A stretch of DNA of 32,000 nucleotides from Candidatus Hermodarchaeota archaeon (lineage in GTDB: Archaea; Asgardarchaeota; Heimdallarchaeia; Hodarchaeales; Hodarchaeaceae). Position numbers and translations under genes: made by a program. Position 1 is the stretch's first letter. Each line of letters starts with the position of its first letter. The DNA lies in NCBI GenBank assembly GCA_048886185.1, contig JBHLKY010000011.1, forward strand, positions 90,001-122,000, written 5' to 3'. Of this stretch, positions 1-7,511 are shown in pieces. Below the pieces are notes generated by a model. It was given only the letters and a program-made list of their open reading frames with translations. It was not told the DNA's origin and made no database searches.

Positions 1-10
1 GACTCGGAAG

Positions 11-682
11 TTGAGAATAGATAGACATGGAATAACTATTTTAATTCTTTTAATAGTCCTTTTATGCTATTCTACCTTTGAATCTAGTGGTTATTCCTCA
101 GGAGAAACTGCTTATGTTCTTCAAGTCCACCAAGGAGTAGATAAACACACTGTATATCATGCTGAGCAATTCAAAGTGAGTCTTTCAATTAAGAATGTTT
201 ATGGCTTTGAGGATATTACTGATGTATCTATCAATGTAAAAATTCCTCAGGAGGTTGAATTTATGTCAAGTTCGAACGAAAAGCTTGATCCTCAAATCGA
301 TAAAGACACTGAAGAGTTTGATTTTTCGTTTGGAAAACTCCCCGTGGATGGAGTCATCAGTCTTTCGATAATATATAATGTTACATCAGAGGAGACGAAA
401 TCTATCGCGATCACATCTGTAAATGTTACTTATAAATTGGAGAATGGAATTACAGGATCAGTTTTAACGAATACAGAGGATATCCGCTTAAGCGGAAAAA
501 AAATAACAACAACGACAGAGGAACTTCTTCCTATCCCTCAGGGAACTAGAGATGAGATCGATTTGGGTTTAATAAAAATCCCAGCAACACCAGTTCTTTC
601 AATCACTGGTTATTTACTTCCGTTAATCTTTTTCAGCATCAGTATCATCTTTTTAAGACGAATTCGGTATGTAAATGCTTAA
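11..682 (+). CDS. Type I membrane protein: signal peptide, one Ig-like beta-sandwich (TRAP-beta/BatD/DUF11-like), C-terminal TM helix
   Basis: Hydrophobic N-terminus (ITILILLIVLLCY). Beta-rich core VHQGVDKHTV..FKVSLSIKN..ITDVSINVKIP..VNVTY. C-terminal TM (ITGYLLPLIFFSISIIFL) followed by RRIR. TTG start. Family call by eye only. Confidence 0.55.
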   Translation: MRIDRHGITILILLIVLLCYSTFESSGYSSGETAYVLQVHQGVDKHTVYHAEQFKVSLSIKNVYGFEDITDVSINVKIPQEVEFMSSSNEKLDPQIDKDTEEFDFSFGKLPVDGVISLSIIYNVTSEETKSIAITSVNVTYKLENGITGSVLTNTEDIRLSGKKITTTTEELLPIPQGTRDEIDLGLIKIPATPVLSITGYLLPLIFFSISIIFLRRIRYVNA

Positions 683-980
683 AATTGAAAATTTATTTGG
701 TAATTTCACTCTAAATCATAAATATCCTGGACGTATTGATTTTCCTATCATTTCTCCTAGATTGATACGAATTGCAGAAATCTCTAAAATAGTACAAGAT
801 ATTCATGGATAATTCCGTTCGAGTTTTTCTCTTTCATTACTATTAAATAGTTGAGAACAAAAATTTTCTAATATGAACTATAGTTATTTATTCTGTTTAT
901 ACTTTGAGTTCTGAGTAAATCTACTAGTTTCAATGGGAATATCTCAATGGTTATTAATGATGATGAATATTCATGCGTCT

Positions 981-2405
981 ATGAAGTCAGAAAACCATGG
1001 TTGCTTCATTCATCCCTATTTACCTCAAACAGAAGCTCAAATAGAAAAAATGCTTGAAACAATCGGTGTATCGAAGATCGACAAATTGTTCTCAAGTATT
1101 CCAACCAAATTACGCTTAAAAAAGGAATTGATGCTTCCTACTCCCCATTCTGAACAGGAAACTTTAGCCAGAATTCGAAAAATTCTCGAGCAAAATAGGA
1201 CTGTAGATTCATCGCTTTCATTTCTAGGAGCAGGGATATATCATCATTTCATTCCTGCTGTCGTTTCAGCTTTAATAAACAGATCAGAATTTTATACAGC
1301 TTACACTCCATATGCACCTGAATTGTCTCAAGGCATGCTTCAAGGTTTATGGGAATATCAATCGATGATTGCTGAAATCACAAGATTAGATCTTGTGAAC
1401 TCATCAATGTATGATATGGCGACAGCTTTGGGAGAAGCAGCCTTAATGTGTACAAGAGTAACAAATAAAGAAATTTTTATTGTTCCTTCTTATCTTCAAC
1501 CTGAAAGATTTCAAACATTACAGACATATGCTCAAGGACCACAGATTATTATTAAAAAATACCCCTTTGACAAAGAAACTGGTACTGCTGATTTAAATGC
1601 GCTATTCAAATTAGTTAAAAATCATGAAAATCAAATTTCTGGGATTTACATTGAAAATCCTAATTTCTGGGGACTTATTGAACAGAATGTTAATGAAATT
1701 GAGAAAATTGTTCACAATATTGATGCACTTTTTGTAGTTGGAATCGATCCGATTTCATTAGGAATTGTTAGTTCTCCTGGTGATTATGGAGCTGATATTG
1801 CCATTGGAGAGGGACAAACAATAGGATTACCTATGAATTTCGGAGGCCCATTACTCGGTATTTTTGCTGCCAAAAATGACCGCAAACTCACACGAGCCAT
1901 GCCTGGTAGAATTATCGGAATTACTACTGAAGTTAATTCGTCAAATAGAGCCTTTACTATGACACTTCAAACCCGAGAACAACACATTAGGCGTGAAAAA
2001 GCAACATCAAATATATGTACAAATAATGCTCTGTGTGCGATTGCTTCCACTATCTATTTGAGTCTTCTTGGACCAACAGGATTAAAAAAATTAGCTGAAC
2101 TCTGTATGTCCCGTACACGCTACCTAGTGGAGGAATTACACTCAATTGATGGGATAATCTCCCCCTATTTTTCCGGAGTACCTTTCAAAGAGTTTGTTTT
2201 TCAACTGGATAGCGCATTTTCTTCTCATGAATTTGATAATTTCCTTCAGAATGATAATATACAGGGTGGTTTATCGTTAGAACCATATTTCCCAGAATTG
2301 AAGCAATGCTATCTTTCATCGGCTACAGAAATGACATCTATTGAGACTATCGTTCAATTCACTCAAAAAATACGTGAATTCGTTTCAAGACATGAAGGCA
2401 TGTAA
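981..2405 (+). CDS. gcvPA: Glycine dehydrogenase (decarboxylating) subunit 1, glycine cleavage P protein alpha
   Basis: Motifs HPYLP, FLGAGIYHHFIP, EFYTAYTPYAPELSQG, NSSMYD, GQTIGLPMNFGGP, LQTREQHIRREKATSNICTN. Start uncertain among ATGs at 933-981; 981 preferred. Confidence 0.96.
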   Translation: MKSENHGCFIHPYLPQTEAQIEKMLETIGVSKIDKLFSSIPTKLRLKKELMLPTPHSEQETLARIRKILEQNRTVDSSLSFLGAGIYHHFIPAVVSALINRSEFYTAYTPYAPELSQGMLQGLWEYQSMIAEITRLDLVNSSMYDMATALGEAALMCTRVTNKEIFIVPSYLQPERFQTLQTYAQGPQIIIKKYPFDKETGTADLNALFKLVKNHENQISGIYIENPNFWGLIEQNVNEIEKIVHNIDALFVVGIDPISLGIVSSPGDYGADIAIGEGQTIGLPMNFGGPLLGIFAAKNDRKLTRAMPGRIIGITTEVNSSNRAFTMTLQTREQHIRREKATSNICTNNALCAIASTIYLSLLGPTGLKKLAELCMSRTRYLVEELHSIDGIISPYFSGVPFKEFVFQLDSAFSSHEFDNFLQNDNIQGGLSLEPYFPELKQCYLSSATEMTSIETIVQFTQKIREFVSRHEGM

Positions 2406-2406
2406 A

Positions 2407-3939
2407 ATGTTCAAACAAACATCTTGGGAAAAGACCCTGATATTTGAAAAATCGATGAAAGGAAGAATTGGTTCACAAGTTGGTGAGCTCTCTGAAATGG
2501 AAAGGCATCTACTTGAAAAGACAATACAAGGAGTTCCTCCCGAACTTCTCCGTAGAGAGCCCTTAAGTCTCCCAGAGCTTAGTGAACTTAGTGTTGTGAG
2601 ACATTTTACAAGACTATCCCAAATGAATTATGGAATTGATTCTGGATTTTACCCTTTAGGCAGCTGTACAATGAAGTATAATCCAAAGATTTGTGATCTT
2701 GTCACATCATTACCAGAGGTGCAAAATATTCACCCTTATCAACATCCAAATAGTGTGCAAGGATCACTTCAAATCATGTACGAATTATCAGCTTGGTTAG
2801 CTGAACTTTCAGGAATGAGTAAAGTGACTCTCCAACCAGCAGCAGGTGCTCATGGTGAATATACAGGGATGATGATAGTCCGTAAATATCATGCTTTAAA
2901 GGGAAATTTAGACAAAAAAAGGGAGATTATTGTTCCTGACAGTGCCCATGGAACAAATCCTGCCACAGTTTCGATGTGTGGATTTAAAACTGTTGTTTTA
3001 CCTTCTAATGAAGACGGATGTATTGATCTGGAAGCGCTACAAGTAGCAGTGACAGATAATACTGCAGGTATTATGCTTACTAATCCTAACACCTTAGGTA
3101 TTTTTGAACACAATAATGAAGAAATTATTAGAACAATTCATGATGTTGACGCTCTTGCATACTATGATGGTGCAAACTTCAATGCTATTATGGGAAAAGT
3201 TCGGCCTGGTGATATTGGATTTGATATTGTGCATTTTAACCTTCATAAAACCTTTGCCACTCCACATGGAGGAGGAGGACCAGGTGCAGGACCTGTTGGA
3301 GTTACCTCCCGCTTGGAATCATTTTTACCTGTACCCACCATAGATTTTGATCCCAACACCAAATCATACTTTTTTCAATATGATCATCCTCATTCAATAG
3401 GTAAAGTGAGATCCTATTTTGGGAATTTCTCAATCATACTTCGTGCCTATACTTATATCCTAAGATTAGGGTATGAAGGCTTAAAAGCTGCCTCAGAAAT
3501 GGCTGTTCTAAACGCAAATTATATGAAAACCCAGTGTCAGACATTAAAGGGATTTTCTGTCCTGTATGGAAAAGACTCCTTTTGTATGCATGAATTTGTT
3601 TTGTCTGCCAAGCCACTTCTTAAGGAAACAAATATTTCGGCTTTAGACGTTTCAAAATTCATTATAGATCAAGGTTTTCATCCTCCTACAATATATTTCC
3701 CCTTAATTGTCCCAGAGGCGCTAATGATTGAACCTACAGAATCAGAACCAAAAAAAATGTTAGATGATTTCATAGACATTTTGAAAGATGTTTCTAGATT
3801 AGGGTATTCAGATCAAGAGGATCAAAAAAGAAAAATCTTAGAAGCTCCTCATAACGCCTCTGTCAGGCGTGTTGATGATGTGAAAGCGTCTAGAAACCCC
3901 ATACTTAGCTATAGAATGTTAAAAAACCAGAAAGAATGA
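2407..3939 (+). CDS. gcvPB: Glycine dehydrogenase (decarboxylating) subunit 2, glycine cleavage P protein beta
   Basis: Motifs RHFTRLSQMNY, PLGSCTMKYNP, QPAAGAHGE, SAHGTNPA, PLP-lysine motif HFNLHKTFATPHGGGGPG, HPPTIYFPL, MIEPTESE. ATG 2407 lies 1 nt after the gcvPA stop and is preferred over TTG 2341. Confidence 0.96.
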   Translation: MFKQTSWEKTLIFEKSMKGRIGSQVGELSEMERHLLEKTIQGVPPELLRREPLSLPELSELSVVRHFTRLSQMNYGIDSGFYPLGSCTMKYNPKICDLVTSLPEVQNIHPYQHPNSVQGSLQIMYELSAWLAELSGMSKVTLQPAAGAHGEYTGMMIVRKYHALKGNLDKKREIIVPDSAHGTNPATVSMCGFKTVVLPSNEDGCIDLEALQVAVTDNTAGIMLTNPNTLGIFEHNNEEIIRTIHDVDALAYYDGANFNAIMGKVRPGDIGFDIVHFNLHKTFATPHGGGGPGAGPVGVTSRLESFLPVPTIDFDPNTKSYFFQYDHPHSIGKVRSYFGNFSIILRAYTYILRLGYEGLKAASEMAVLNANYMKTQCQTLKGFSVLYGKDSFCMHEFVLSAKPLLKETNISALDVSKFIIDQGFHPPTIYFPLIVPEALMIEPTESEPKKMLDDFIDILKDVSRLGYSDQEDQKRKILEAPHNASVRRVDDVKASRNPILSYRMLKNQKE

Positions 3940-3958
3940 AATATTTCCTATATTTCAT

Positions 3959-4612
3959 TTAATCTTCATTACTTCGCTCGTTTTGGTTTAAATGATTTTT
4001 AAGCATTTTATCAAAACTTGTCACAAGATCGAGTCTATTAAGAGAAAGTGTCAGATCTCCACGAGTTTTCTCTGTTATATTTCGCGCGAAGTCAGTTTTC
4101 TTACGTAAATTATATGTTAGGCCGTCGGGGTAGTCAATGGTAATCAGAAATGAATACAGCTCATCCATCATGTCCATTGCCCGAATTGCGCTCTTATTAT
4201 CGTTTTTCCTTAAGGAGTCAAGAACAACTCTCCTTAACTCACCAATGAAGTCAGGTATACCATGAAGATATGCTAAATATGGTATTCTTAGATCCGTGTA
4301 TGGGGGAAAAGATTCTTTCTGAAGAAACGTAAGAAGAAAAATTGATTCTGCATATTCTTGATTGCAAGCTAGGATCATTCCAAAAGGGGAAGGACTCATT
4401 TGTTCAGCCAAATCATTTATCCTAGTAATTAGAGTAGAATTTTCCTCGATAATTCTTTTCGCCTCATCCACTTCCTTTCGATGTAAGTGGCGGATAGCAA
4501 TCGAAGAATTACGTATTGAAAGTCGGCCTAGTTTGAGAAGTTCCTCTCGAGCCTCATTATCAATATCTAATTTCTCTTGGATTTCTGAAAACATTTTTTC
4601 TAAGTCAACCAT
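3959..4612 (-). CDS. Translin/TRAX (C3PO-like) family endoribonuclease
   Basis: All-helical, 217 aa. Contains REELLKLGR..IR.S..AI..LHR, QEYAE (catalytic ExxE), YLHGIPDFIGELRR and LRKKTD. Confidence 0.88.
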   Translation of the reverse strand: MVDLEKMFSEIQEKLDIDNEAREELLKLGRLSIRNSSIAIRHLHRKEVDEAKRIIEENSTLITRINDLAEQMSPSPFGMILACNQEYAESIFLLTFLQKESFPPYTDLRIPYLAYLHGIPDFIGELRRVVLDSLRKNDNKSAIRAMDMMDELYSFLITIDYPDGLTYNLRKKTDFARNITEKTRGDLTLSLNRLDLVTSFDKMLKNHLNQNERSNED

Positions 4613-4666
4613 TCGAATTCCCTTATTCTTATTATGTTCTCCCCCGGTGGTTTCCTTTTAAATGTG

Positions 4667-4801
4667 TGCGGGGGGTGAGATTTGAACTCACGAACGCCTA
4701 TGCGACTGGATCCTAAGTCCAGCTCCTTTTGTCGGTATTTGATGAAAAAGAATCATCAATCCTTTATATATGTACCTTTGACCTGGCTGGGAAACCCCCG
4801 C
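4667..4801 (-). tRNA. tRNA-Leu(UAG) with a 50-nt intron in the D-loop (position 21/22, 4777..4728); CCA not encoded
   Basis: Spliced: GCGGGGG TT TCCC AGCCAGGTCAA|AGGA G CTGGA CT-TAG-GA TCCAG long variable arm GTGAG TTCAAAT CTCAC CCCCCGC A (85 nt). All stems pair. A relaxed bulge-helix-bulge motif brackets the insert. Confidence 0.93.
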
Positions 4802-4804
4802 TTT

Positions 4805-5116
4805 CTAGAGTTCTATATTTATTCCAACAGCTTGACGAATTAGTTCTGTGAGGGGATCTTTATTATCTTCGTATTTTGTTGGAAGTTCCATTATAATTGG
4901 AAAAGGATTTTTTGCCATAAATTCAGCTATTTGTTGATGATAACGTTCAGCGATGTCAGGAGTAATTAGAATAACACTTATATCTTTTCGTAACCATAAC
5001 TTGGATAAAATCTCATAAGGGTCTTGTTGACTTCCCTCTAAAGGGAAAACTTCTCCAATTCCAGCCAATTTAAGCCAAGTACAGGTTTCGGGATCACCAA
5101 TAGCAGTTATGTAGAT
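4805..5116 (-). CDS. atpF: A/V-type ATP synthase subunit F
   Basis: ITAIGDPETCTWLKLAGIG ... ISVILIT ... PIIMELP ... LIRQAVGINI. The conserved N-terminus lies upstream of the TTG at 5068. Best start is ATC 5116, 7 nt after SD GAGGTG. Confidence 0.88.
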   Translation of the reverse strand: MYITAIGDPETCTWLKLAGIGEVFPLEGSQQDPYEILSKLWLRKDISVILITPDIAERYHQQIAEFMAKNPFPIIMELPTKYEDNKDPLTELIRQAVGINIEL

Positions 5117-5130
5117 GCTGATTCACCTCA

Positions 5131-5445
5131 TCATTCTTCCAAAATGGAACGTGTCACAAAATCAATAGCCTCAGCCATATTTTTGGAAGCTCGGGCTTTT
5201 AATTCTTCTTTTTGATTTTTTACTTGAATTTCAATCTCCTTGATATCAGTCTGTAACTTTTTTTGAATCTTATTGATTTGATCAGTCTGCGTATCTGATT
5301 TAGCAGCTCTTGCTTCTGCAAGCAATTGTTTAGCTTCTGAACGTGCTTCTTCAATTATCTTTTGGGCTTCTAGATTAGCGTCGTTAATTATTTTTTCAGC
5401 TTTTTTCTCTGCATCCCGAATCAGATGTAATAAGTCATTAGTCAT
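5131..5445 (-). CDS. atpH: A/V-type ATP synthase subunit H (G-like peripheral stalk)
   Basis: 104-aa coiled coil, IRDAEKKAEKIINDANLEAQKIIEEARSEA ... NMAEAIDFV. Directly upstream of subunit F. Confidence 0.8.
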   Translation of the reverse strand: MTNDLLHLIRDAEKKAEKIINDANLEAQKIIEEARSEAKQLLAEARAAKSDTQTDQINKIQKKLQTDIKEIEIQVKNQKEELKARASKNMAEAIDFVTRSILEE

Positions 5446-5476
5446 TGTTTAACACCCAAATTTCGGTTATGAGAAA

Positions 5477-5551
5477 TGGGTCGGAGCAGATTCGAACTGC
5501 TGACTTCTTGGGTGTAAGCCAAGTGTCATAACCAGGCTAGACCACCGACCC
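5477..5551 (-). tRNA. tRNA-Val(UAC), intronless, CCA not encoded
   Basis: GGGTCGG TG GTCT AGCCTGGTT ATGAC A CTTGG CT-TAC-AC CCAAG AAGTC AGCAG TTCGAAT CTGCT CCGACCC A. Confidence 0.97.
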
Positions 5552-5718
5552 TTTCTACACAAGATCGAAAGATTTATTCCTTTTAAGACCTGTATTAGCT
5601 TTAATAGAAAAGGAATTTATAATTTATCGCTTTTCATAGCTTACTCTTCAAAATATCAAAAAAAAATTTTCAACTTAACTTTAGAATATTATTTTACTAA
5701 AGAAGGGTAATTAATAAA

Positions 5719-6786
5719 ATGGGTACACAAATTGGACAATTGATAGCTAAAAGTCGGCATGAGATTGAATATTCTGATTTATATGGAATGACCGTTGGTA
5801 TCGATGCGTACAACATGATTTACGCCTTTTTGGCTCCAACTAGGTATAGACAAAGTGGTGGGGGATATTTAACAGACTCGGATGGTAATGTTACAAGTCA
5901 TCTCTCTGGTCTCTTCTACCGAATGACAAATCTATTACCATACAAAATTCGTCCTGTTTTCATTTTTGATGGAAAACCACCAACATTCAAGGATAAAGAG
6001 ATTGAAATCAGAAAAGATCGAAAAAAAGAAGCAGAATTGAAACGAAGAGAAGCCTTTGCAGCAGGAGACCTTGATAGTGCAATGAAATTTGCCACGATGA
6101 CTACAAAAATAACACCTCAGATAATTTCTGATGCAAAACGACTAATTGAGTGTTTTGGGCTTCCAATAATTCAAGCTGCCTCTGAAGCTGAGGCTCAAGG
6201 GGCATTTATGGTACAAAAAGGAAAACTCAACGCAATGGCTTCTCAAGACTATGACTCCTTCTTATTTGGAAGTCCTGAAGTTATTCGCAACTTAACTGTG
6301 ACAAGAAGAAGAGTAGCAACGAAAGAAGGAAAGCTCGAATTAAATCCTGAACGAATCATACTTGATGAACTTCTTAGAGAATTACAACTTGATAATAGAG
6401 ACCAATTAATAATGCTTGGTCTTCTAGTTGGAACTGATTACAATCCAGGAGGAATAAAGGGAATTGGACCAAAAACAGCTTTGAAATTGATCCATAAATA
6501 TAGAAATCTAAACTCCCTCCTTGAATATTTAGAGGGGAATTATTCCATCAATGAAATTTTCCCACATCCGCCAAGAGGATTACTAGACTATTTCAGGTCA
6601 CCTGAAGTGGAAGAAGAAATTAAATTTACCATTCGGAAACCGCAATTTCCAAAAATTATTGAATTCCTTGTAGAAGAGCGTGATTTCAATAAAACTCGAA
6701 TCGAACATGCCTTGCAAAGAATGGCTTCTAAAAAACGTAAGATCAGCCAAAAAATTGATCAGCAGGCACTTGACAAATTCTTCTAG
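5719..6786 (+). CDS. fen: Flap endonuclease 1
   Basis: IDAYN, SHLSGLFYR, FIFDGKPP.FK, SEAEAQGA, SQDYDSFLFG, GTDYNPGGIKGIGPKTA (H3TH), C-terminal PIP box QQALDKFF. Confidence 0.97.
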   Translation: MGTQIGQLIAKSRHEIEYSDLYGMTVGIDAYNMIYAFLAPTRYRQSGGGYLTDSDGNVTSHLSGLFYRMTNLLPYKIRPVFIFDGKPPTFKDKEIEIRKDRKKEAELKRREAFAAGDLDSAMKFATMTTKITPQIISDAKRLIECFGLPIIQAASEAEAQGAFMVQKGKLNAMASQDYDSFLFGSPEVIRNLTVTRRRVATKEGKLELNPERIILDELLRELQLDNRDQLIMLGLLVGTDYNPGGIKGIGPKTALKLIHKYRNLNSLLEYLEGNYSINEIFPHPPRGLLDYFRSPEVEEEIKFTIRKPQFPKIIEFLVEERDFNKTRIEHALQRMASKKRKISQKIDQQALDKFF

Positions 6787-6798
6787 ATTAATTCAGTT

Positions 6799-7467
6799 TT
6801 AAACTCCATATTTTCCTCTCAAAGGCACAAAAGCAACAGATGATAATTTTTCTTCTTTTAACTCAGTTTCAGTGATTTTCCGAAAACGAGTCATCTGCTG
6901 CCAGAATCCTGGTCGGCCCAAAGGCATTACCAAGGTACCTTTAATCTGAAGCTGTTTGATAAGAGGAGGAGGGACTGTGGGACCAGCAGCAGTTAAGATT
7001 ACTCGATCATAAGGAGCTTCATCCTCATAACCAAGGGTTCCGTCTCCTTCAATAACAGTAATAGCATAATCAAAACCAGCGCGAGCGATGTTTTCTCTGG
7101 CAAACTCTACTAATTTCGGAACAATCTCTATGGAATACACATGACCAGGAGCATCAGCAGCTGCTACAATTGCTGCAATGAGGGCAGCCTGATAGCCAGA
7201 TCCAGCTCCTATCTCAAGAATTTTTTGACCAGGGGCAAGTTCGAGATAATCTAATATCATTATGGTCATATGTGGAGCAGAAATCGTTTGACCAGTATTC
7301 ATTAACGGTAAAGGATGATCTACATAAGCAGAGGAAGCCATATTTTTAGGCACAAATTTTTCACGTGGAACTCGCATGAAAGCATCAAAAGCTAGCTCAT
7401 TACTAACATATCCTCTTCTTCTATAATAATCAATTAATTGTTCCTTTACTGCTTTATAGTCGATCAT
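6799..7467 (-). CDS. pcm: Protein-L-isoaspartate O-methyltransferase
   Basis: VPREKFVP, AYVDHPLP, GQTISAPHM, LEIGAGSGYQAA, GDGTLGY...APYDRV, QLQIKGTLVMPLG, VAFVPL. ATG 7467 follows SD GAGGG. Confidence 0.96.
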   Translation of the reverse strand: MIDYKAVKEQLIDYYRRRGYVSNELAFDAFMRVPREKFVPKNMASSAYVDHPLPLMNTGQTISAPHMTIMILDYLELAPGQKILEIGAGSGYQAALIAAIVAAADAPGHVYSIEIVPKLVEFARENIARAGFDYAITVIEGDGTLGYEDEAPYDRVILTAAGPTVPPPLIKQLQIKGTLVMPLGRPGFWQQMTRFRKITETELKEEKLSSVAFVPLRGKYGV

Positions 7468-7511
7468 TAAAATTTCCCTCAAGCAGAGATAAATTTAACT
7501 AAAAGACTATA

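Noticed and set aside
2341-2406. Extended TTG start for gcvPB overlapping gcvPA by 65 nt
   Set aside because: ATG 2407, right after the gcvPA stop, gives a normal N-terminus.
4750-4760. TGATGA in the tRNA-Leu intron as box C of an intron-encoded C/D guide RNA
   Set aside because: No CTGA box D, the intron is only 50 nt, and the motif is locked in a 7-bp hairpin.
5123-5133. Tandem TGA codons after atpH as selenocysteine recoding or an atpH-atpF fusion
   Set aside because: No SECIS-like hairpin is evident; atpH is full length at the first TGA, and the further TGA is part of the SD GAGGTGA.
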